From NCBI GenBank assembly GCA_030390025.1, contig JASTWF010000502.1, positions 1-64,000 of the forward strand: a DNA stretch of 64,000 nt. Direction: 5' to 3'. The notes below the pieces were generated by a model, which ran no database searches, was not told the DNA's origin, and saw nothing but the letters and a program-made list of their open reading frames with translations. A program made the position numbers and the translations under genes. Origin of the DNA: Squalus acanthias (lineage: Eukaryota). This document shows, piece by piece, positions 50,149 through 61,319 of this stretch (position 1 is its first letter; each line of letters starts with the position of its first letter).

Positions 50149-50260
50149 CTGCCGACCTGCAGTCGATGCTTGGAGCTCCCTTTGGGGCTTCTACACCAGC
50201 CGAGACACCCAAAAAACGCTGTGGCGCGGCAGGCTGGCGACATGTTGATGGGTCGGCCAC

Positions 50261-50305
50261 GCACGGCATCAGTTAGCACGGCATCAGTTAGCACGGCATC
50301 AGTTA
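50261..50305. repeat. 15-bp tandem repeat, 3 copies (gcacggcatcagtta)
   Basis: Directly visible. Confidence 0.9.
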
Positions 50306-50378
50306 GTTCACGGTGCCAGTGCACGGTGTGGGATGGCCAGGTTTTTTGGAGCAGGCCGTGACGGGTTGGCAGGGAGAG

Positions 50379-51491
50379 CGGTTGCCTGTAGGCGGCGCTC
50401 TCCTGGACGCGGGACACGGGCCGCTGCCTGTAGGTGGCGCTCTCCTGGACGCGGGACCCAGGCCGCTGCCTGTAGGTGGCGCTCTCCTGGACGCGGGCCA
50501 CTGCCTGTAGGCGGCGCTCTCCTGGACGCGGGACCCAAACCGCTGCCTGTAGGTGGCGCTCTCCTGGACACGGGCCGCTCCCTGTAGGCGGCGCTCTCCT
50601 GGACGCGGGACCCAGGCCGCTGCCTGTAGGTGGCGCTCTCCTGGACGCGGGACCCAGGCCTCTGCCTGTAGGTGGCGCTCTCCTGGACGCGGGACCCAGG
50701 CCGCTGCCTGTAGGTGGCGCTCTCCTGGACACGGGCCGCTGCCTGTAGGTGGCGCTCTCCTGGACGCGGGACACGGGCCGCTGCCTGTAGGTGGCGCTCT
50801 CCTGGACGCGGGACCCAGGCCGCTGCCTGTAGGTGGCGCTCTCCTGGACGCGGGACCCAAACCGCTGCCTGTAGGTGGCGCTCTCCTGGACACGGGCCGC
50901 TGCCTGTAGGTGGCGTTCTCCTGGACATGGGCCGCTGCCTGTAGGCGGCGCTCTCCTGGACGCAGGACCCAGGCCGCTCCTGTAGGTGGCGCTCTCCTGG
51001 ACGCGGGACCTGCCTGTAGGTGGCGTTCTCCTGGACATGGGCCGCTGCCTGTAGGCGGCGCTCTCCTGGACGCAGGACCCAGGCCGCTCCCTGTAGGTGG
51101 CGCTCTCCTGGACGCGGGACACGGGCTGCTGCCTGTAGGTGGCGCTCTCCTGGACGCGGGACACGGGCCGCTGCCTGTAGGTGGCGCTCTCCTGGACGCG
51201 GGACACGGGCCGCTGCCTGTAGGTGGCGCTCTCTTGGACGCGGGACCCAGGCCGCTCCCTGTAGGTGGCGCTCTCCTGGACGCGGGACACGGGCCGCTGC
51301 CTGTAGGTGGCGCTCTCCTGGATGCGGGACACGGGCCGCTGCCTGTAGGTGGCGCTCTCCTGGACGCGGGACACGGGCCGCTGCCTGTAGGTGGCGCTCT
51401 CCTGGACGCGGGACCCGGGCCGCTGCCTGTAGGTGGCGCTCTCCTGGACGCGGGACACGGGCCGCTGCCTGTAGGCGGCGCTCTCCTGGAC
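50379..51491. repeat. GC-rich minisatellite, 42-bp unit (35-bp variants), 28 units
   Basis: Unit gccgctgcctgtaggtggcgctctcctggacgcgggacacgg; 28 occurrences of the ctgtagg core counted. Confidence 0.95.
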
Positions 51492-51816
51492 GGTGGGCCC
51501 AGAATGAAAGGTCTTTGAGAAAGAGGGTCGGCGGGGGGAGATGGAGAGATGATTGAAATGGTGCAATTGATGAATGATTTCAATCAACGTTAAGTTATAT
51601 TGAGTGATGGTGTTCATTCTCTCCGAGAAAAAGATCACATAGAATATTTTAGAGTTTGATTTTTCTTTTAAGGGTAAGAGTGTATGTGTTCGGGTTAACT
51701 TGCTTTTAAGGGGTCATTGTGTTTTTTTTAGCGGGGGGTTATTGGGATGCAAACGACGGGAGTTAAGTCTTAATAATTTAACGTCTGAAATCTTTTTTTT
51801 CTTTTTCATTTCCCAG

Positions 51817-51846
51817 CAGCACCACGCTATCTACCCACCTCTCATG
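51817..51846 (+). CDS. TLE3: Candidate alternative 30-nt TLE microexon (QHHAIYPPLM)
   Basis: Long T/C tract plus tcccag acceptor (NAGNAG), ATG|gttagt donor, phase 0-0, no stop codon; lies upstream of exon 7. Inferred from splice signals only. Confidence 0.6.
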
Positions 51847-53134
51847 GTTAGTCCCTCCCTCCTGAACTGTTTTCTGCCTTTTTGTGTCTCTAGCATGCTG
51901 CCCGTGTGACTCGCTGCTTCCGTGCGCCAGATGTGCATGCGCGCAGGTCTGGCCGCTTTCGCTGAAGCCGCAGTATCTTAACGCTACTTGGCGGTGTGGC
52001 TGAGCTTTTAAAGGGACAGCGTTCCTTCCCTCTTCCCCCCACCCCCTCATGTCAGCTGCCTTGGGCTGCAGTAACTGCCAGTGTTTCAGTCCAGGGCTGT
52101 TTCTCTTCAGCTCAGTTGGCTGATCTCGCCCTGGGGGGTCCCTGGACTTGGCTTTAGCACTCTAGTTATATAAGGGCCAATCAACCAGGGTTTCTAGCGA
52201 CCCTTGCAGGATGTGTGTGCGTGTTGCTTTGAGGGATGTAGAAGTCTCGAACAACAGCAACTGGGGTGTGAAGCGCACAAGCGGCTCGAGTGCTGTGCTT
52301 TCAATCGCCTGAGCGACTTCTCTTCCTCCACACCCCGGTTTGATTCTAGGCTTTCTTCCTGTAACGTGCCTCATTTCTAGATCTCCAAAAGTTTTGTCAC
52401 TTCAGTCTAGATCTCTTTGCATCTCTGCTTTTAGTTTGGCCTCAAGGAGGTCGGTCTGTGAGGGGGAGGGGGGGGGCGCCTGGAAATGTATTTTCTTCCT
52501 AGAAGTCACTGTAGCGTTAGCAGAGAATGTTGGCCCAGCTTGCTTTGCTGCCTGTCCAGTTAATAAAGGGCCACTCTCTCTCTGACCTGATTCCGGGGGT
52601 CAGTGGTTCCCTCGAAGGCCGGGCTTGGTATTGAGCCAGGAAATTCCCAGGCCCCATTCCTGGCCTCTGCAGCCTGGTCCGGAGCTGGTCTCAGTTGAGG
52701 TGGTGATGGGGATGCTTCTGTTGACCTTGTCCTCTCCCGTGAGGGGAGTTTTTTAAAAGAAAAAATTGGATGGTTCTTGACTCTCAGTCAAACAGCCTTT
52801 TTTCCCCATGTCTGATATTTTTATAACTTAATAGACAAAGTGTTCAAAGAAAATAAAAAGAACACTTTTTTAATACCCCATGATTTTTCTCCGGGGTTTT
52901 TGCTCTCAGCAGTGTCCTGGAGATTAATCTTCAATTCCTGGAGACTCCAGGGCCGATCCTGAAGGGTTGGCAACCCCAATAGACTAGTGCACAGAGAGGT
53001 GTTTCTGAATAGTGATCAGGAGCACAAATCTAGCTCAACTTCCCAAGTCCGGCGTAACATCCAAACCAGTACTCTGGCTGCGATCACAGCACTTTGGGTT
53101 AATGGCCGTGCCTCGGATTTTATAGATCAGGACA

Positions 53135-53555
53135 TTGGGCTGTTCTCCTCCTTGGAGCAGAGAAGGTTAAGGGGAGATTTGATGGAGCTGTTCAAAATCA
53201 TGAAGGGTTTTGATAGAGTAAATCAGGAGAAACTGTTTCCAGTGGAAGAAGGGTTAGTTACCAGAGGGCACAGATTTAAGGTGATTGGCAAAAGAACCAG
53301 AGGCGACATGAGGAAACACATTATTACGCAGCGAGTTATGATGATCTGGAACGCGCTGCCTGAAAGGGCGGTGGAAGCAGATTCAATAGTAACTTTCAAA
53401 AGGAAATTGGATAAATACTTGAAGGGGAAAAAGTTTCAGGGCTATGGGGAAAGAGCAGGGGGGAGTGGGGACAAAGTGGAGAGCTCTATCAAAGAGCCGG
53501 CACAAGCACAATGGGCCGAACGGCCTCCTTCTGTGCTGTACCATTCTATGATTCC
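53135..53555 (+). mobile_element. CR1 LINE 3' end, second subfamily
   Basis: LEQRRLRGDLMELFKIMKGFDRV...WNALPERAVEA. Confidence 0.85.
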
Positions 53556-54750
53556 CCCAATAGCACATACGAACATACAACATTGACAGACAGGAAAAGA
53601 CCCACTGGTCCATCTACCCCGTCCCATACAGTTCTGATGCCCGGTGCCTCACGTACACGGTTGGGGGGGGGGGGGGGTGGAGAAAGAGCGGAGAGACACA
53701 AAGAGTGACAGATGAAATGCAAGAGAACATCAAAACCTAGTCCTGAACCTTTGTAACCATTTGATATGTCTACATCAAGAGCAGCACCAATGGAATGCTC
53801 AAACAAACCTTGATCTCCAGGCTCTTCCTGCCAGAGTAACCTGCTCACCAGCTTCCAGTGGAAAATTCTAGCAAGGAAGGAAACAAAATCCTATAGCATG
53901 ATACCCGCAAAGCTTGTCCTTATTAAGTCAAAAGATATTTGAACTAATATCGCTTGTGTTGCCTGGAGCGGTGTTGCAATGGATGCCTTGTAGTTGCCTG
54001 AACTTGATGGCTTTTTTAAGCTCGAGCGTATGGCGTCTGTTTTGAATAATTTTTTATTTTTTGCCAAGACATTTTTGGGTCTATCGGTTGTGTGTGTGTG
54101 TGTATATTTTGTTCAAAATTTGAATAATAAGTCTAGTAGTGAGAAGACAGTGTTGGTATCTCTCCAGTTGCTGAGGGTAGCATGTCAACGAACCCCACGC
54201 GGCCTGGGGTTTGACCCCCCGCTGGTCTGCGCTGAGGTAGCGGAGCTTGGCCTGAGGCTGGTACCAGTTGGGATGCTGCACTTGACACATGTGCCCGTTG
54301 GGGCTAGGCAGTGGAGGGGGGGCCAGGGTTCCTGCTCCTGATCACTATAATGCCTGCTGGACAATGCACGTTGGGCTCTACTGTGACCATCTCTCCGCCC
54401 CCCCCCCCCCCACCCCATCACCAGCTAATATCTGGCCAACACTTGCTTTCTAGGCTCCCTCCTTGAAGAATGGCCTCTTGAGCAAGGTACTGAAGGGCAA
54501 CTGAGACCCCTGGGGCCATAGCTCAGCACATAGAGGAGAGGCAGGAAGACCAAGCCTTTTAATGTTGTGTGTTTGTGAGGTTCTTTTGTCGCTTTGTACA
54601 CTTCAGGATTGATTTTTGTCTCTGACCTGCTTAATTAACCTTTTTTGTTTCTGGAATTTTCTCTTCTCTTTAGCAGGGCACTACCAGGATGCCTTTTTTT
54701 TTAAGTTTGTTTTTGCATTTAATGACCTATTTAAAAAGTTACTCATGAGG

Positions 54751-54791
<41 letters not shown>

Positions 54792-54890
54792 TCCCTCTCT
54801 CTCGCTCCTCCGTCACTCTTGCTGCTCCGCTCCATCCGTGCTTCCTGGCCTGATTTCCTTCCAACCCATGTGCCATTGGTTTCTCCACAG

Positions 54891-55095
54891 CAGCAACAAC
54901 TGCAGGCCCAGCACCTCTCCCACACCCACGCTCCTCCTGTCCAGCTGCCGCCCCACCCCTCTGGTCTGCAACCGCCAGGAATCCCCCCGGTCACCGGCAG
55001 CACCTCCGGGCTCCTAGCACTTTCCAGCGCCCTGGGCAGCCAGGCCCACCTGTCGGTGAAGGACGAGAAGAACCACCACGAGTTGGACCACAGAG
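54891..55095 (+). CDS. TLE3: TLE coding exon 7, GP domain ([69 protein letters not shown])
   Basis: ccacag acceptor, G|gtgag donor, 205 nt; closely matches the TLE3 GP domain. Confidence 0.95.
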
Positions 55096-56400
55096 GTGAG
55101 AAGGAGCTTGGACCTCGGTAGATGTTGGATGGCGGGCGGACAAAGGTGTAATTTTTGCAAAGCCTCGCTCGGTGGAAGCAGACCCGTCACAGAATTGACC
55201 CTCTGCTGTTTTAGTCCCACCTCGAACCTGCGCTCCCATCTAGTCAGGGAGCTCGGCCTCCGAAAATAACCCCGACACTGTGTGACTGAGACCGGGTGTT
55301 TGCTGCCCTTGGCAACCGCTCGTTTACTTCCATTTACCAATGTGTTGGAAAACGCCGAGCCGAGAAAAGGCAATTGGACATGATTTCGAAGAGGACGAAT
55401 GTACAAGGTTATGGGGAAAAAGCTGGGGAGTGGGATTCAATTGTTTTTTCAAATTGCTCCGTTAAACAACCGGCACAGGTGCGATGGGCTGAATGGCCCC
55501 CTTCTGTGCAGATTCGATGATTCTAGGGATACAAATCCTGGAGAGAGAAAATGTCAATACTTTCTCATGGGAAGGATACCTATATATTTTTTTTATTCAC
55601 TCTTGGGATGTGGGCATCGCTGGCGAGGCTAGCGTTCATCGCCCATCCCTGGTTGCCCTGAGAAGGTGGGGGGTGAGCCGCCTTCCTTGTCGAAACCGGT
55701 AACGGTTTGACACGACCGATTGGTTTGCTGGGGCGGTTAAGGGTCATGCACGTTGGCGTGGGTCTGGAGTCACGTAGGCACAGACCGGGTAAGGATGGCA
55801 GGTTCCCATCCCTTGTTACAGTTGGGCTTCTCCTGAGACCCCTCGATTTAAATGTCCGCTATTTTGGTAATAATGGGGTTAACCTGCACCAGGGCTAGGG
55901 TTGCCACCCCACCAGGATTGGCCTGGAGTCTCCAGGAATTGAAGATTTAAAAACCCCGCAGAAAAATCATAGGGGCCGTAAAATAAAATTGTTTGTGTTT
56001 CATTTCCTTTGCACAGTTTCACTTATTAGTGATAAAAATATTGGGGGATGGCGGCGGGGGTAGGGAAACTTTCACTGACATTCAAGAAACATCCAATAGA
56101 GTCTGTTCCTTTTCCAATTGGCCGTGGGAAGGGAGCGAGCCTGGAGGATTGACCAATGGCGGGGAGGAACAGCAGGTCATATGAGGAAACATCCAGGAAT
56201 GGACCCAATCAGAGCTGGCAGCCCGAACCATGGCTCCCATTGTATTAGTTGGATTATGTGACAGATGTTTCACTCTTGTTTTCGAGAATTCTAACTGCTG
56301 CTCTTTTATTCCATCCCCCACCCCCCCCCACCCACCGACCGTTCCTCTTCTCCCGCCACCGCCTGACCGCTGATGTCGCCACTCCATCGTGTTTCACCAG

Positions 56401-56417
56401 AGAGAGAATCCAGTGTG
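56401..56417 (+). CDS. TLE3: TLE coding exon 8, 17-nt microexon (ERESSV)
   Basis: caccag acceptor, AGAGAGAATCCAGTGTG, gtaagt donor; continues phase 1 from exon 7 and gives HRERESS as in TLE3. Confidence 0.9.
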
Positions 56418-57774
56418 GTAAGTACCGAATCGCACTGTCTCGCGTACGCAGGCACCGTGGCCAGATAGCGCTGTAGGAGTGGCTTTGCTTTGATCTCCTT
56501 GCCTCCCTCCTCCTCCTCCTGGTGCCCATGAAGTCTTTGTGACGAGTACACTCATTTACAAAGCATACTGGACAACGCAGTGATAATTGAAGGCCAATAA
56601 AATCCGTGCTGTGAGTTTGTAGCTTGACCAGATAGCAGTGTGGGGAGAGGCACCTCCCACTCTGATCCATGACTCTATTTTTAACTTTAGTAGACTTTGT
56701 AGAGTCTATCCAACTTTGTTATCTCAAACGCCAAGGCTCAACAAAGTGTCTCTTGTTGACGGCTCTTCCTGTCGACATTCTGAGCTCCTCTTCAGCCTGA
56801 GTTTTGGTGAAGACCTTTGGAGAGGGAAGTGTTCTTGTTGCATTAAGTTTGTAATATCAGTTCTTTCTTTCTCTCCCTCCCTCTCTCTTTCCCCCCTCCT
56901 CTCTTCTTTCCCTCCCTCCCTCCCTCTCTCTTTCCCTTCTCCCCCCCCTCTCTCTCTGGAAGAAGTTTACTGATTGCCAGGGTTATGGTTCCACAGATGC
57001 TAGTTACTCTCTGGTGCCTCGCAGAGCTGGCCATTATTGTTGTATGTGCGCGCTCGCTGGCAAGCTATTCGACTACTGGGGCAGTGCGATTGATGACGCG
57101 GACGTGATCCTTGCTTGCCATCCATGAGTGGAGGTTGCTGGGTCGAGATCAGGAAAGGGAGCCTTGACTGAAATTCCCCTTACCCACCTCCCACCCACCA
57201 GGCAAGGAATGCTGGCTCTAATTCTAGCCCCCCCTTATTGATCCCCTTTCTGAAACAAGGTAACTCTGCACAGACTGGGGATAGACCCCAGGACTGTCTC
57301 TGAATCAGTGACTAGAACCAATTTGTTTTTGTATTCTACGGTTTGGTTCTGTTTCGTTGTTGCTTTTGGGTAATTGCAATTCAAGACTATTGACACACGT
57401 GTTGGGTCTGATTTTTAAATGTCTCGAGCGTTGAGTTAAATTTGGATGTAATGGGAGATTTTGTTGTGGATGTTGTGTAGATTGATGAGTTTTGTAAATG
57501 GAATTGAGTGAGCTAACGATTCGGGGAGGTATTGAGCCGCCGAGTGTTTAATACTCTCCGGTTCCCTTGTTTTCACTTCTGTGCACATTATAACGAAGAG
57601 GTTTTCCAGCTGCTGTCGGGTGGCCTGATTATACATCGACCGGAGCCTTTGAGGATTGTGACTGATGCTCTCGTCTCAAAAACCTGCTGCTGCCCAGGTG
57701 CTTGTCTTTGTCGCAGATATCATTGGTTTTGGGGCCCCGGTTTGAGCTTTTCCATTGCCACTTGGGTTCTCGTC

Positions 57775-58310
57775 TGGCCGCCCGGGCCCGGCTTCCCGCC
57801 CCGCCCCGGGCCCGCAATCCCGCCCGCCCCGCCCCGGGCCCACCGTCCCGCCCCGGGCCAGCAGTCCCACCCCGCCCCGCCCCAGGCCCGCTGTCCCGCC
57901 CCGGGCCAGCAGTCCCACCCCACCCCCGCCCGCCGGCCCGCCGTCCCGCCCCGGGCCAGCAGTCCCACCCCACCCCACGGCCCGCCGTCCCGCCCCGGGC
58001 CAGCAGTCCCACCCCGCCCCGCCCCGGGCCCGCCGTCCCGCCCCGCCCCGGGCCAGCAATCCCGCCCGGGCCCGCCGTCCCGCCCCAGGCCAGCAATCCC
58101 ACCCCGCCCCGGGCCCGCGGTCCCGTCCCACCATCCCGCCCCGGGCCCGCCGTCCCACCCCGCCCCGGGCCAGCAATCCCGCCCCGGGCCAGCAATCCCG
58201 TCCCGCCCCGCCCCGGGCCAGCAGCCCCGCCCCGGGCCAGCAATCCCGCCCCACCCCACCCTACCCTCGCCATTCCACCCTCGCCGTCCCGCCCGCCCCG
58301 GGCCCGTCTA
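57775..58310. repeat. C-rich low-complexity minisatellite (cccgccccgggcc / cagcagtccc modules)
   Basis: Directly visible; extreme C/G strand skew. Confidence 0.9.
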
Positions 58311-58453
58311 GCCCGTGTTCAGCAGCAGAACTCTTCAGCCAAGTGCATCAAGGACTTTAAGCATCAAGGACGAGTGATTTCTTGGAGTGAAACAGATGAT
58401 TGGATTTAAAAGGCAAGACACTGGGAATCTGAATTTAAAGAGAGAGCGAAACG

Positions 58454-58610
58454 CTGGAAACACTCGGCTCAGACAGCGTCTGTGGAGCGGGAGGAAGGTA
58501 GGGTCAACGTTGCAGGTCAGCTCCGCCTCTGAGCAGAGGTCACTGACCTGAAGCGTTGACCCTACCTTCCCCCTTCCACAGATGCTGCCTGACCGGCCGA
58601 GTGTTTCCAG
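58454..58610. mobile_element. Inverted (palindromic) pair of Penelope-like family A terminal repeats; hammerhead decayed
   Basis: Arms 58454-58520 and 58543-58610 are reverse complements and homologous to the tail at 46776-46835. Confidence 0.7.
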
Positions 58611-59660
58611 ATAGTTGGATTCGTTGCCCTGGCGTGGCGGGGTTGCCCGAGGAGGCGTCTGGTGCTTCAGTGGGACTGGCGGTGTCTGTGGCGGGACTCG
58701 GCGGGGAAAGCATCTCGTCTTCAACTGCCTTCATTTTCTTGAAATGTACTTTCACGGCTGAAGAAGTTTCCTTTTATGTGAAAACATTTTCCCCTCTATT
58801 TTGGCAACTGGAGCATGATCTAAACAAGGTTTCACTGTGTCTAAAATCCGTAGGGAACGCTTGAGTCCAATGGCAGTTTGTGATTTACTTTTCCTTTCGC
58901 TCAATTTTTCTCTTTAGCCTCTCTTTACTCATTCTTTTTTTTTCTCTCTTGCTCTGTCTGTCTGTCTGTCTCTCTGTCTGTGCGTGTGTCTCTCTCTCTG
59001 TTTTTCTGTCTCTCTCTGTCTGTCTCTCTCTACCTTCCCCCCCCCCTCTCCTGTGAGTGCTCTCTGCAAGGAGGGACAGCTTATTAAAATGAAACTACAT
59101 GGGGAGATTAGCAATGCCTTAATTTCATTAGAGTGAGCACAAACTGGCCTCCTTCACCCCACTGACTGCTTAGGATGAGGATTTGCCCGTTCCTTGCCTG
59201 AGACCGACGCAGGAATACAAATGGTGAATTGTGCTTTGCCTGTTCATTTACTGGCTGCGTAAGCCGTTTATTAGATGGGCTTAAAGCATTCAGATGGCTC
59301 GTACTGCCAATGCAAGTTTGTGTTTCATGTGAGTGAGTTCTCTGAATACGTGCAGTCAAGTCTGAAGAACTAAAAATCCCCCTGTGATTAAGAAGCCATT
59401 TTATCCTTGATCAGACTCCTCTATTATCCAGAGGCAGCTGACACTATGCATTTGGCCTGAGTTATTGCTGTGTGACAAGCTGACGTTTAACTGCTGAGGG
59501 GCCTTTTTCTTTCCCAATCATTCATTTTCTCGCCAATTTCCTCTCTTGTCCCCCGCTCCTAAAATTGACTCCTTGCTGTGGTGTAGCTTCACGGATCTAG
59601 TTGTCCTCTTGATAATACGGCCACGCAACAACACTGCATTTATATAGCGCCTTTAATGTA

Positions 59661-59787
59661 TGATGCGGAGATGCCGGTGTTGGACTGGGGTGGACAAATG
59701 TGAGAAGTCGCACAACACCAGGTTATAGTCCAACAGCTTTATTTGAAATCACAAGCTTTCGGAGCGCTGCTCCTTTGTCAGGTGAAG
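59661..59787 (-). mobile_element. Penelope-like family B hammerhead mini-element (core mutated to CTGACAA), nested in an L2
   Basis: Near-identical to 14404-14528; flanked by TGTA at 59657-59660 and 59788-59791. Confidence 0.75.
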
Positions 59788-60544
59788 TGTAGTAAAACTT
59801 CCCAAGGGGCTTCACAGGGGGCGTTATCAAACACAATTTGACACCGAGCCACATCAGGAGAGATTGGGACGGGTGAGAGGTGGGTTTAAGGAGCGTCTTA
59901 AAGGAGGAGAGCGAGGCGGAGAGGGTTTAGGGAGGGAATTCCAGAGCTCAGGGCCCCAGGCAGCTGAAGGCACGGCCGCCAATGGTGGAGCGATGGAAAT
60001 CGGAGAATCGCAAGAGGCCAGAGTTGGAGGAGCGCAGAGATCTCGGAGGGTTTTAGGGCTGGAGGAGGTTACAGAGATAGGGGAGGGGGGGGGGGGCACC
60101 ATGGAGGGATTTGAAAACAAAGATGGGAATTTTAAAATCGAGGCATTGCCGGACCGGGAGCCAGTGTAGGTCAGGGGTGATCACTCAATGGGAGTGTGGA
60201 AAGTAAGGCAGGCAGAAGCGCCCAACTGGCACTATACACCTGTCGAGGAATGGGTGTCCATGCCATTCCCCAACCCCCGCCAACCCAACTGTAGCAACCC
60301 TACCATCACCCGCCCAAAACCAGCTGACTCAGAACCGATTGGGCATCAAACCCCAGGTCTTCCTGACCTGCAGAACTCAGCAACTCACGAGATGAAGCTG
60401 CTCTGCTATCGGGAAAGAAGGACGAGAGGATGACTAGTCCCGATTGAATTGGACTGCAGCATCTGGTGAGCTGTGGGAAAATGTGCGGATGCTGCAGGAG
60501 AACCTCAAACTCGCAAGTTAGCGCTGTTCCAGCAACAGGCATTT

Positions 60545-61020
60545 GGTTATGTAGAATTTACAGCACAGAAACAGACCATTCGGCCCAACTGGTCTATGCC
60601 GGCGTTTTTGTGCTCCGGAGCCGCCTCCCACTCTAATTACCTCGATTCCCCTCTCCCTCATATGCATCAAGCATCCCATTAAATGCATCAGTACTTCAAC
60701 CACTCCCTGTGTGGTACAGATGGTGGCACCAGTAATTTTAACATTCGAACGTAGGAACAGGAGGAGGCCATTGAGCCCCTCGAGTCTGTTCCGTCATTCA
60801 ATGAGATCGTGGCTGATCTGCGACCTAACTCCATACACCCGCCTTTGGCCCATAACCCTTAATACCTTTGGTTAACAAAAATCTTATCAATCTCAGATTT
60901 AAAATTAACAATTGATCGAGCATCAATTGCCATTTGTGGAAGAGAGTTCCAAACTTCGACCACCCTTTGTGTGTCGAAGTGTTTCCTACTTTCACTCCTG
61001 AAAGGTCTGGCTCTAATTGG
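60545..61020 (-). mobile_element. CR1 LINE 3' fragments
   Basis: Homology to the CR1 tails above. Confidence 0.7.
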
Positions 61021-61319
61021 ACCTCCACTGTTTCTGGCTTTTCACCATTTAGAAAGTGTCGGTCCTATCATTTTTAGGTCCAAAGTGGATGAGCTCACAT
61101 TCACATTCGAGGGGTGTTTAGTTTGTTTAAAAAAACGTGCACTGTTATCAGCACTAAACTGATGTACTGACATGTCAGTGGTGGTATAGACTTCCTCATG
61201 ACTTCTGCAAGTTTTAATCTAAGCTTGGAGTTGGGGTGAGGGGAAATAAAATGCGATTAAGTGAACCATTTCAAGTCTTGAAATTTTCTAATCTTGGGGC
61301 TTTAATAAATGGTCCACTT

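Noticed and set aside
50379-51491. CRISPR-like array
   Set aside because: Pure tandem repeat with no unique spacers and no cas genes, in vertebrate DNA.
50085-51638. 517-aa and 426-aa minus-strand ORFs and overlapping + ORFs
   Set aside because: Artefacts of a stop-poor 42-bp minisatellite; open in several frames with 14-aa periodicity.
57532-58409. Pro/Arg/Gly-rich ORFs of 180-260 aa
   Set aside because: Low-complexity GC repeat open in all six frames.
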